A model generated the notes under the pieces. That model had not been told where the DNA came from, made no database searches, and was given only the letters and a program-made list of their open reading frames with translations. A stretch of DNA of 64,000 bases from Histomonas meleagridis 2922-C6/04-290x (Eukaryota; Protista; Parabasalia), in assembly GCA_020184695.1 (NCBI GenBank), contig JAANOX010000268.1, positions 213,235 to 277,234 of the forward strand. The letters are read 5' to 3'. Position numbers and translations under genes: made by a program. This document shows positions 43,517 through 54,707 of this stretch, in pieces; the stretch's first letter is position 1; every line of letters begins with the position of its first letter.

Positions 43517-44504
43517 GTTTATTTGTTTCATTTGAAATTTATTTTAATAATTTAATATTTCAAAATAATATTTGGAAATTATTTGAATTATTTAATACAG
43601 CACTTATGTTAGCATCTTCTAAAGGTCATTTAGAAATAGTTCAATTACTTCTTGAACAAAAAGGAATTGATATTAATGCTAAAGATATTTATTTGATTTA
43701 TTTAATGTTTATTTAATTAATTTTATATTTCAAAATAATATTTGGAAATTATTTATTTGATTATGTACAGCACTTATTTTAGCATCTGAACATGTTCATA
43801 TTGAAATTGTTAAATTACTTCTTCAACAAAAAGGAATTGATATTAATTCAATATATGCTTATTTTTATCATTTAATGTCTTTTTTAATAATTTTATATTT
43901 CAAAATAACATTTGGAATTTTCAATATAATTTCTGGACAGCATTAATGCAAGCATGTGATAATGGTAATATAGAAATAGTTAAATTATTTTTAGAACAAG
44001 AGGGAATCGATATTAATGTTAAAAATATTAGATTTATTAATTTGGTATTTAGAAATAATATTTGGAAATTCTTTATATTATATTGGACATCACTTATTTA
44101 TGCATCTGAAAAAGGTTACACAGAAATAGTTAAGTTACTTCTTAAGCAAAAAGCAATTGACGTGAATGCAAAAAATTTTTATTTGTTTTATTTAATGCTT
44201 ATTTTATGTATAATCTTTTATTTCAAAATAATATTTGGAATTTATTTAAAATATTTGAAACAGCACTTATGTGTGCATCACAAAAAGGACATATTGAAAT
44301 CGTTAAATTACTTCTCGAAAAAGAAGGAATCGATATTAATGCTAAAGATATTTACATATTGTATTTAAAATTTATTTGATGAATTTAATATTTCAAAATA
44401 ATATTTGGAAATTATTTAAATTGCTTCATACTGCACTTATTTTAGCATCTTTATTTAATCAAAAGGAAGTAGTTAAAATACTTCAAGAATATATATATTC
44501 TTAA
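43517..44504 (+). repeat. Interrupted ankyrin array B: 6 modules, spacers 80/80/80/60/83/80 nt
   Basis: Modules start 43597, 43767, 43937, 44087, 44260, 44430; the first five are exactly 90 nt; last ends TAA 44504. Confidence 0.92.
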
Positions 44505-45290
44505 ATGAAAACAAATTATACATAAAAACATCATTATTTCATGTATTTGATTTAAAATAATTTTTTACTTTAATAAATAAAATTTATTTCTTACATTGAG
44601 GAAATTTTATTTGGAAATCAAATAAAAGTTGATGAAGAAGCACTAAATTTGCATAAGTGGGATCTTACGGTACTGATGAACAAGATAAATTTTATTTTCT
44701 AATTTCAACTTATATTTGCATTACATCATGATATAACACAAATAAAATCCATTTTAATAAAACTTTTAATGAAATTTGAGAATAGTAATGATATAATATT
44801 TGGGGAATTAAATGATTTGTTTTATAATTGGAGTTTAAACTTAAATAATAGAATGGTTCCTTTAGATATATTTATTGTTATATTGATGAATAAAATTGTT
44901 AACTATGTGTTCGATTGAGCATGTGTTTGTATAAGAAATTCATCGAGTGTTTCCCTGGTAATAGATTTCCAAATGTATCATATTGATATTTTTCTAATGT
45001 CACCAACATTAATTTTAACACAAACAGTCATTTCAAAAAAAAAAAAATCACAAATACTATTACTCTTTCGATGTTTAAATCATTTTATTCTTGTATTGAA
45101 ACGAAATTTGTTTAAATGCAAAATAATTAACATGTAGTTATGTACTGAAATTGTTGAGGGCAATATTAGGTGAAAAGAAATGAAAATTTTGGTTCATCAT
45201 GAATATCATTTAAAAAAATGTTTAAGTACTCAAATAATGAAATAAACCATAGAAAACACAAACGGATTCCACAAAAAATTTTTCTTCTTT

Positions 45291-46127
45291 ATGGCACTGG
45301 TTGAAGATACGACAACAATTCTTAATTCAAGTCAAATAGAGAATAGTTTTAAAATTGCGCAAGTGTTACAAATTCGAAAAGAGACAGAAAAAAGTATTCA
45401 AAAGTATCAAAACATATGTTTATCACTTGAAAAAATTCTATTTAATAATCCTAATAGTGAAGTTGAACTCCATTACATTCCATTATCATTGAGTAAATTA
45501 TCCGAAATTTATAAAGAAAAAGAAGATTATAACAAAGCGTTTCTTTTTATGAAATGTAGTCGACAATTTCTTGAATATATTGCTAATGAACGAACTAAAG
45601 CACATAATTCTAATGCTAGAGAAGATGAAGAAGGACTTCAATATGAAGAGCACACACTTCAAGAGTTATTTTTCGAACATGCATTTTAGCCTTTGATGCT
45701 CCAGATGCATTACCGCCTAAAGATCCACAAGAAATCATTGATGAACTTTTTACAAGCCAAGAAACGACAAGAAGAAGAAATCACACGACAAAATTTGGAG
45801 AAATTGAAACGCATTAATGAAGAGCGCAAGAAACGACTTTCTACATCAAAATTTGAGCGCTTTCTTGACTTTGTTAACAACCATTCCATCATTGTTGTTA
45901 TTGTTATCTTTATCTTTTTTGTTATTATATTACTTATTTCATATTTTTATATCAAACGTGGCAACAGTAACATTCAAAAGATTCTTCAAAACAACAAACG
46001 CAAACACAACAGCAACAACAACAATAAACATTCGAATCTCAATTACGAAAATATTAAAGAATTTCGTGAAACATTTCGTAAATTAAATGAAGAACGCAAA
46101 AAATTAAAAGAAAACACGGAACTTTAA
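45291..46127 (+). CDS. Single-pass membrane protein, split by homopolymer frameshift(s) near 45670-45810
   Basis: Adjacent ORFs; alternative frame reads MHLAFDAPDALPPKDPQEIIDELLQAKK; one TM segment, coiled coils. Confidence 0.55.
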
Positions 46128-46159
46128 ATAATAAATAATAAATAAAAAATATTATTACT

Positions 46160-46614
46160 TTATTGATGTGTTGTTTTATTTAATCTATATCTCAAAAAAC
46201 GAAGTTCGACAAGTCTTTGAAGCGCGCTACTTTGTGAACCTGGTGGAATAGAACGCGGAAGTGATGACGCTAGAATTTCAAACTTTTGTGCTAATAAATC
46301 TGCTGCTTTATAAATTGTATGTGTTTGATGATTGTATTGTTTGGCGTTAATCCAAATTTGACGCATGTCTTGAATAAACTCTTCTGGTGTATTATAAAGT
46401 TTCTTATCAAGTTTATCTTGAACGACAAATATAGACATCGGTGTAAGAATAATTTCATAATAATTAGGTGCACCGTCAAGTTCTGGATCAACTGGTTTAA
46501 AAATAAAAATGAATTATCTGAATTCATGATTTGTTGAACTATATCTTGACATGTCCGATAAAATTGTTCTCGATAAATACTTTCTCTTGTTATTGCTGGT
46601 TCTTCTGTTTCCAT
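46160..46614 (-). CDS. Bromodomain protein (1-nt frameshift)
   Basis: Joined frames give F.KPVDPELDGAPNYYEII.TPM......KL....Y...EEFIQDMRQIWINAKQYN. Confidence 0.88.
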
Positions 46615-46999
46615 TTTTTGTCGTTTAAAATTACTGTCAATTATTTAACTGATGCTGTGAAATCATTATTCTTTTCATTTTTAACTTCTAAAAAAATACT
46701 TGGGAATCATTAATATATTCTATATATTATTACCTCGTTCGAAATAACTATTTTCGTTAAAGTATCAAGACACATCATATGATAAAAATAAACATTTATA
46801 TAAGTAATTGATTAATCAGAATATTTGCAAATATTTGGAGAACACCAAATAATAACTAACATTAGATATTTGTTAAGTTGTTAAAAGCATATTCTTGAGA
46901 ATCTAATTGATTCATATTTTTTTAATTCTTGGCTAACTTAACTGAATATTTTGTCAAAATTTTCACAGGTATTGTGAATTTTTTTAGTTCACCAATCAC

Positions 47000-48394
47000 A
47001 TGAAATACAAACATCCCAATGAATGCACAACAGTTGACATAATAAGCAGCGATATTTTTCATGAAAATGAGATAATTCAACATATTAAAGAAAGTACTAA
47101 TCAAATAATAAATTTTTCATCCACAAGCATTTTGATTATGGGGATGAAGATCAAGTAATTTTAAATTTAAAGGAAATATCCAACTACATTAAACACGATT
47201 CGAATGTTATTAACCTTTTAATTTCCAATAATTTTTTTGATCAATTTAATATTGAAATTTTGAATGAATCACCTAATATTCAAAAATATCTTCTTTTCTT
47301 CCTTTTTCTAGTTATTCAAGCATGTGATGAAACCCAAGTTTTTAGTGTTATTACACAAAAAACATTTAATTATATTCTTCAAAGAGTTTTTTCTTTTGAA
47401 GATGAACTTCAGCCCAATTTTGTTCCAATCATCATTAATTTAATTGACAAATTCCCAAAATTTTTTGATCATATTTATAATAATCAATTTTTACTCCAAA
47501 TATTTCATTACGAATCAGTAACATATTATGCAAAACCTGACCTAAAACTCGAGAATTTTTATCCATCTCATTCTATATTATTACATTAAATACAAAATCG
47601 ATGAAATTGATGATGAATCAATTTCACATATTATTGAAATTTGCTTTAAGCATTATGTTGAAATTGAAGATATCGACATACAACTTAGTATTCTTACCAC
47701 ATTACATCCTTTTTTTGTTAACAAAAATGCGATCATATTAAATATGCCAAAAATCAATATATTTCTAAGAGACATGTGCAAACGTTTGATTGGTTGCACA
47801 AGTTATATTCTGATCGAAAAGTCATTAGATATAATCGAAGAACTTATTCCAAGCCAATTATATTTGTTTGACATTGAACAATTGTTTTCATCACTTCAGC
47901 AGCCACTTGTTAAAACTTATGGGCAATTAGAATACAATAATACAATTAGAACGATTACCATATTACGAAACATTTTAAGTGTTAACGAAGAGTATATGGA
48001 TGTTCTTTATAAGCTTGGAAATATCGCGCAAATCATTAGCCTTGTGAACACAAATCAATTCGAAGTTCGTTATCAAAGTTGTTACTTTATTTGCGTGTTT
48101 ATTAATAAGGCAAATAATGAAGTGATCCATGAAATTGTAAATGAATATAATATCATTGCGCCAATTGTGGAAATGCTAGAAGTGAACGAAGTAAATATTA
48201 TAAATGAAATCGTTTTGGCAATCATAAAAATTTTTCAAATGGCTGAAATGTTTAATGAAATTATTATTATGCAATCAATTCAAACACAAATGAAAGATAT
48301 AAACATCGAATTAGGCGAATCGGAATTCGAAGAAAAAATAGATAACAGCGTTCATTTTTTGTATTCTTTACTTGAAAAGGACGAAACATTCTGA
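47000..48394 (+). pseudogene. ARM-repeat protein, frameshifted (~47125, ~47555)
   Basis: ATG 47000 after Inr-like TCAC (MKYK...); three consecutive frames give a helical repeat protein with FEVRYQSCYFICVFI. Confidence 0.55.
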
Positions 48395-49132
48395 ACTTTA
48401 CACGTTTAAACGTTTAAACATTTCATGAAATTACTCAAATAAAAATATTCAATTTTTTTCTGATTATCTAATGCTTGCAATCATCAAAGTTAAAGCTAAA
48501 ATCTCATGAGAAGAATTTGTTTCAAAAAAAAAAAAAATATCTTGAAATTATTTTCATGTTCATCTTGGTAAAAATCTACTACATAAATAAACCACAATGA
48601 AGAGCGTTATGTATATATTTTTTGTATTCGAATTTAAAAAAACACATATAGAGGAATGGAAAAACCATGTTAGACTCAGACAGAAGGGGCTTATTAGTAA
48701 ATCAAATGTAGATAACATTTAATGATTTTTATGATGGGATCAACTTTGATTTTGAAGAGTTTTTCAAAATTAATTAAGATTATAAAAATGTATAATTTTT
48801 GAATTCAAAACGCATTGTTTATTATAGATTTATTCTCAAAAATATAAATTAACTTCGAAGTCTCATGTCTGAGAACCATCTCAGTATTTTTTTTCGATCA
48901 AATAGCAATGCATGTATCATTCGAAAAAATTGCAGAATATATTAGGGGTGTGTAGGGGTATTTCTGCCGGATAGGAATTAATTCGGTGGCTACACCGAAA
49001 ATTAAGGTAAACTAAGTTTAAAAATGGAAACAAAGAATCCGACTTTTTGAATGGTATTTCTATCAAAAACGATCAAAAGTAGTTACTGTTTTGGCTAATT
49101 AACGTACATATAAACGGTTTTGCGCAAAAATT

Positions 49133-49738
49133 TTGAAAAAAAACCAAAAAGGGTACAAGGCTTGTATTGTCGGATATGGAGCAGTAGGTAAAACTTCTTT
49201 AGCACTAACATACAAGCAAGGCGTTTTTCCAAATACCGAATATATACCAACATGCATAGATGACTACCAAAAAGATGTTAATTACGAAGGAAAAACAATT
49301 AAACTAAACATATGGGATATAAGCTGTGCAAGTGATGAATATGATGCTATTAGAATACTTCATTATTCAAATGCCAGTGTTTTTCTTCTATGTTTTTCAC
49401 TTGTGGATTCACTATCTTTAGAATCTGTAACAAAACAATGGGTTCCAGAAGTAAGACAATACTATCCTAGTGTTCCTATTCTTTTAGTAGGTACGAAATC
49501 CGATATTAGAGATCAACTAAACGCGAATGATCTTTTTTTTTATGAACCTATTTCTTCAGATAGAGGGCAAGAAAAAGCAAACGAAATCGGTGCATCTTCT
49601 TATATTGAATGTTCTTCTAAAAATGGATATAATGTAAATGAAACTTTTCAACTTGCAGTCGAATGTTTCATGAAAGGGAAAAAATCTAAAACAGACAAAT
49701 CACGCAATCACAAAAAAGAAGTTTGTAAAATTTTTTAA
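49133..49738 (+). CDS. Rho/Rac-family GTPase, divergent switch II
   Basis: GYGAVGKT, EYIPT, LLVGTKSD, Rho insert, YIECSSK, CaaX-like CKIF; no ATG start evident (TTG). Confidence 0.85.
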   Translation: MKKNQKGYKACIVGYGAVGKTSLALTYKQGVFPNTEYIPTCIDDYQKDVNYEGKTIKLNIWDISCASDEYDAIRILHYSNASVFLLCFSLVDSLSLESVTKQWVPEVRQYYPSVPILLVGTKSDIRDQLNANDLFFYEPISSDRGQEKANEIGASSYIECSSKNGYNVNETFQLAVECFMKGKKSKTDKSRNHKKEVCKIF

Positions 49739-49957
49739 AGTTATAAAATCTATGATGTGTTTTTTGATTTAGTTTAATTTCATTATTCATTGCTCAATAC
49801 GAAATAATTATTCATTTTGATAAACTGATAGTTAATAGGGAACATATTATATTTTATCAAATTGCAGAAAGAATAAAAACATTAAAAAAATAAAATACTT
49901 CTTTATGAATAGTAGAAAATTAATACAATCAAAGAATGCATTTTTTTCACTAAAAGT

Positions 49958-51084
49958 TCATATTTTGTTCACGATGTTGTCTTCGTTAAAGTCAGTTGCA
50001 AATGGATCTTCATCAATGTTTGCATTAATCATTCCGACAGTGAAATTTCCATTAAAATCGCTATTCGATGATTTCGAACTTTCACTTTCATTAAGTTCGA
50101 GTTTCTTTTTACTATAAATTTTAATAAAACAAACAACAAATATTATAACAATTACAACAACTGGAATTATAACCCCAATTATAATATAAATTGTATTATT
50201 TTTATTATCATTAATTGGCTCAACATTTTGATTATGAATAGTGAGAAAATATGAATAAAAATTATAATATGAAGAATAAAAAATGATAGTGTAGTCGTAA
50301 TAAATGAGCTTTGTTTTAATATAGAAATTTTGTGAACCAAAATATGAATTTATATACGTAATTAACACAGAAGATCCAACAATACTAAGTGATTGTGAGA
50401 CTGAAATTGAAAACACTAAAGTAACAGAATATGTAACGTTAACATTAGAATGTAAATCTGTAAACTTATTTGATTGAGTACATGTATCACTTTGTGTAAA
50501 TGTATTTGATTGTGAATATGTATCACTTTGAGTGAATGCATTCGATTGAGAAAATGTATTTGTTGATGGTTCCATTTCCATAAAGAAGTGTGATGTTTCG
50601 CTTAAATTTCCGAAATGATTAATTGCCGCAACATGAATATATACATTATCGTTTATGATATTGACAATATATCCTGATGTAGTTTTGTTAAATTTATCAA
50701 TTTCCATATTAAGTGTGATAGTTGTATATTGATTTTTATCAATGATATAATAATATTCTCGAATCCCATTTGGATTTTCGGATTTTGATTTAATGGCGTA
50801 AAGCTATAATTTACATTGCTATAAACATAATTACCACCTTCTAGCCAGACTTTCAAACAAGCTGAGATAGGCATAGTAAGATTTGATGCATTTGAATCTT
50901 CAAAATAAAAAGTTACATTTGGCATGCCGCTAACTAACTCAGAAGGATATACATTGAGAACATTAACTTTCTCTGTTGAGTTATAGTCAAATGTGCTCAA
51001 AGGCAACCAATTTGTTCCGTTATCATTTGAGAAATAAACAATGAAAGATGCATTTTGAGTTTCATGATGGTTCGTCCAATTCAA
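49958..51084 (-). pseudogene. Type I surface protein with F-T-x-S stalk, TM and DPF tail; 5' truncated, 1-nt frameshift ~50780
   Basis: Frames join at ..SENPNGIREYYY..; stalk TFSQSNAFTQSD; tail NIDEDPFATDFNEDNIVNKI; short local duplication gacattgagaacattaactt at ~50948 and ~51137. Confidence 0.65.
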
Positions 51085-51199
51085 TAAAACGCGTGTTCCA
51101 ACATTTTGGACAGAAAGGTTAATTAACCCAGGAGGATAGACATTGAGAACATTAACTTACTTAACATTTGGATTTTTGTTTTGTCATAAACTAAACTTG

Positions 51200-52045
51200 T
51201 CAGTCGTTCACTGATAAGTCGGCGTTCAGAACCATAAGATCGGAATCGTCAAAGTAAGTTTTGGAATGAGGCTTTTTCCAATATTTCAGTCCAAAAAACA
51301 CAGTAAACAGAATGGAGTCCATTACAAGCTGGAATACGGCACCTGCCGTGAAGAACCAAGGTGTTTTACTGGAAATGAAGAGAATAATCTTTACAATATC
51401 TCCTAGAATATATTGAAGAATTAGTATAAATGACACACCTTCAATGTTTAGGCGGAAAACAACTTGAATAAATATTGGAAGTGAGATGATGGAATCTACA
51501 ACATTACCAATTATCCCATACATTTCAACAACATATGTTTCACCAAAAATGGGACAAGCCAATAGGAATATCAAATACCCTAGAACGAAGTATATTGCAA
51601 TAGAAACCACAAATTCTATGAATGATCTGGATTCAAATGGATTAATTTTGGACAAAATTGATTTTCTTGCTTGTGGTATTTTTGGCTTATATAGATAGTT
51701 GAAAAATGTAAGAATGAAAGCCATTATTAATAAAGATACAGATTGACCAAAAATTCTAATAGCATATGGATGATAAAAATAATAAAGTACTTTGCACCCA
51801 TGAGCTATTAAAAGAATTAAAACTGTTTTAAAGTTGTAAGGTTGTGAGTTTTTTGATGTATACATCATTCTGCATGTATCAATATACCCAACTGATGGAA
51901 AAATCATAACTATTAGATCAAGGAGAGATTGAAAGAATTCTTTGAAATTATTCATGTGAGGAAGAGTAGAGAATAAATTGATTTTTTTGTGTTTTTTTCT
52001 CCAGCCAAACATTCTCAATTTACTATTCAAAAGATTAAATCTCAT
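51200..52045 (-). CDS. PQ-loop repeat membrane protein (PQLC1/SLC66A2/Any1-like)
   Basis: Two degenerate PQ-loops; IFGQS, GVSFILILQYILGD..K......TPW.F..GAVFQ..MD. Confidence 0.7.
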   Translation of the reverse strand: MRFNLLNSKLRMFGWRKKHKKINLFSTLPHMNNFKEFFQSLLDLIVMIFPSVGYIDTCRMMYTSKNSQPYNFKTVLILLIAHGCKVLYYFYHPYAIRIFGQSVSLLIMAFILTFFNYLYKPKIPQARKSILSKINPFESRSFIEFVVSIAIYFVLGYLIFLLACPIFGETYVVEMYGIIGNVVDSIISLPIFIQVVFRLNIEGVSFILILQYILGDIVKIILFISSKTPWFFTAGAVFQLVMDSILFTVFFGLKYWKKPHSKTYFDDSDLMVLNADLSVND

Positions 52046-52263
52046 ATGACGGTTATATCATAAGATCTTCTTGTTAAAAGAGTTTTCATTATATGATATT
52101 ATAACATAATTTCAAGTTTATTTTAAAGACCTCTAATATATGTACAACTGACAGGTAAAGAATCAATAGCTATTAAATATTTATGATTCGAAATTTATTC
52201 AAATAAATAAATAAAAAATATTTTTTAGTTTATTTTGTTGATTCTTATTATTTTGTATCATAT

Positions 52264-52759
52264 CTATGAAAAGAGTTTGCAAGGATAAATGCAATGACCA
52301 TCTCCACAAGAACAAAAGATTCCTGTATTTTTCTTAGGAACAACTTCAATGATATCATGCCCATTATGGCACACTTTGGCACATTCTTCGCATATGCCAT
52401 ATGGCGGGAAAATCCTACATGTACTACATAAGTAATAACGTTCATGAGGCTCAGGGTCATTTCCAGTTATTTCGTATGTACAATGTCCAGGTGTTACTTC
52501 AACAAATTCATCTTCTTTCAATGTTGGGGAATAAAATTTATACGAAATGCTTGGTCCATTAATTAATTCCCCTTCATCAAACTGAATTGCTGCTTTTTTC
52601 GATAATATATCAACAATTTCTTTTTGCTGATTTGCTGCTGCGATGCGAATTGGTGTTATACCTTTGTTATCTTCGGAATTTATATCAATTCCTTCTTGTT
52701 CAAGAAGTAGATTGATTATTTCTTTATGACCATTTTCTGCTGCATAAAAAAAGAGCAGA
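52264..52759 (-). pseudogene. 3' part of an ankyrin + UBR-box zinc-finger protein
   Basis: SAL(fs)YAAENGHKEIINLLLEQEGIDINSED-NKGI-TPIRIAAANQQKEIV.., in frame to CTYEITG..YYLCSTC..GICEECAKVCHNGH..FCSCG; one extra T in a T7 run at 52746-52752. Confidence 0.75.
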
Positions 52760-52839
52760 CTTAAATAAATTGAAGAAATTCCAAATATTATTTTGAAATT
52801 TCAAGATAACAACTCAAATATTAAGTAATACTAATATAC
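52760..52839 (-). repeat. 80-nt ankyrin spacer (locus C)
   Basis: Lies between GIDINEKD and SAL; same core tttcaaaataatatttggaa; this copy begins GT and ends AG. Confidence 0.9.
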
Positions 52840-53184
52840 ATCTTTTTCATTAATATCGATTCCTTTAAGATCGAGAAGTGTTTTAGCTAGTGCTTGGATC
52901 AATAAATCTTTATCATGAATTATATTTTCTAAATTATTATATAATTCACCTGCAGTTTCAACAGATCTTTCTTTAACATTAAGGTTATTATTATCAAGGT
53001 TATTATTATCAGGGTTAATGTTATTATCATTTAAATCAGGATATTTAACACTTATTTGGTCATAAGGATTAACCACAACATTAACGTTTTGACTTTGACT
53101 TTGTTTTGGAGAATTCACGTTAGTATTAACCTTTGCTAAAAAACCTTTTGAACAAGATAATAAACTACTTTTTGGAACAGACAT
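52831..53184 (-). CDS. Element-derived hypothetical ORF fused to an ankyrin remnant
   Basis: Asn-rich N-terminus; last residues LLDLKGIDINEKDVY are ankyrin sequence. Confidence 0.5.
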   Translation of the reverse strand: MSVPKSSLLSCSKGFLAKVNTNVNSPKQSQSQNVNVVVNPYDQISVKYPDLNDNNINPDNNNLDNNNLNVKERSVETAGELYNNLENIIHDKDLLIQALAKTLLDLKGIDINEKDVY

Positions 53185-53220
53185 TTTAATACATGTAAAA
53201 TATATTTTATCTATATATAA

Positions 53221-53538
53221 ATGACTGATATTTATGATTTCATTAAAGAATTGAAATTAAATAAAATTATAACAATAAAACAAATTCCATTTATTGAAAA
53301 TATATTATTTTATATTGATGACCTTATCATATATAAATATGTTATTGTAGTTAGACCATCAATGTATATAAGAGCTAAAAGATTTGGTTTAAATAAATTA
53401 TATGATATTCATGAAAATATTAATGTTAAAATTAAAGAACCATTAGAAAATACATCAAAAGGTGAATTTATATTATTATATAATCCTGGTAATAATGATA
53501 TTATAATCGCGGAAGGTGAAGACAAAAATAATATTTAA
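53221..53538 (+). CDS. Element hypothetical protein
   Basis: 105-aa ATG ORF divergent from 53184. Confidence 0.5.
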   Translation: MTDIYDFIKELKLNKIITIKQIPFIENILFYIDDLIIYKYVIVVRPSMYIRAKRFGLNKLYDIHENINVKIKEPLENTSKGEFILLYNPGNNDIIIAEGEDKNNI

Positions 53539-53558
53539 ATTAATGTATATGTTTATTT

Positions 53559-54653
53559 TTATCGTGCCATTCCAGCAATGATCTGTTCGATTGAAGCATT
53601 AGTTATCTCTATTTGACTTCTACCATCTGGTTTCATAGATCTTACTTTTAATAAAGCATCTTCAAAAGATATACCTGTTGGTGAGATATAATAAACATTG
53701 GGACTTGTAGGTATTTAGCAGCTAATGAATTAAATACATCCATTTTTAACAAATAAGTAGCTAATTTAATTTTTACATCTTTAGTGATTGGAGAATTACA
53801 TACAAAAGTTTGTGGATTATCCATTGTAGCATAAGTAGTAGTACCATCAGCAGTAGTTGCTTTAATATTATTTTTAACAGATTCATTTATGTTTCTAAAA
53901 CCAAGATCACAGTTATAATCTTCCCTATAACCGCTTTTACGGCAGGTAAATCTTCCACTTTTATAGTATCTAGATTAACAATAGGAGCTATAACAATATT
54001 TTGATAAGAAGGCATTATTTCTATAGACATTTTACCAGCCCAATTAGGATAATATCTATATTATATAATAATAAAAAGAAACTAATAGGAATTCTTAATG
54101 GTATTTTTACTGTAATAGTTGTTGCTGCATTAATAGCACTAACATCAATATATACACCTGGAACAAATGGACTATGATTTCTGATCTTATCTATTGTTGC
54201 AAAACAATCATTACCCTCCTTAGCCTCGTCAGATAAACTATTATAAAACATAAACCATTCATACCTAGCATTATGAATATCTTGTATTTTATCGGTATTA
54301 CTATAAATTCTATATTGATCAATAGCATCTGCTGAACATTTATATCCAACATAGTATTCTTGAAATGCTAAATTTGATTGACTTGGTATAGTAATAGGGA
54401 CTTCTTGTTCTAATGTAATATAAGAATTATCTAAACCAATAATTTTAAATCTTTCAGTAAATATATCTACATATGTAGTATCTCCTGCATTAATATCTCC
54501 TACATTACCATAAGAGGTAGCTGTAGTATACTCATAATTACCTGGAATAATTTCACTTGCTTTTACCGCTTCATCCACTGAATTATACCAATCTTGTAAA
54601 TTACCAGACATTGCGTCAATAACATTTGGTTGTTGGTTTTGTGATGCAAACAT
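53559..54653 (-). pseudogene. Putative major capsid protein (frameshifted, probably internally deleted)
   Basis: Beta-strand-rich ORF continuing through shifts as RYYPNWAGKMSIEIMPSYQNIVIAP / DYNCDLGFRNINE..LATYLLKMDVFNSLAAKYLQVP / ..EQIIAGMAR*. Confidence 0.4.
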
Positions 54654-54707
54654 TTTCTAGCAATAAAAATAATGATACATATATTAAAAAATATAATAAT
54701 ATATATA

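Noticed and set aside
43517-43600. Canonical GT-AG splicing of ankyrin spacers using the ACAG at the Thr-Ala codons
   Set aside because: Removing spacer start through ACAG (84 nt) leaves the next module out of frame, and most spacers do not begin with GT.
43597-44504. CRISPR-like array
   Set aside because: Eukaryotic DNA; the recurring units are ankyrin-coding and the spacers are homologous to each other; no cas genes.
48975-49016. Hairpin TTCGGTG-GCTA-CACCGAA followed by CTAA as a Helitron 3' end
   Set aside because: CTAA is not followed by the T of an A|T target; no matching 5' TC end or Rep/helicase is seen.
40800-50800. Cluster of genuinely pseudogenised housekeeping genes (syntaxin, bromodomain, TM proteins)
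   Set aside because: Nearly all breaks are +/-1 indels in short homopolymers, typical of long-read consensus error; cannot be called true pseudogenes without raw reads.
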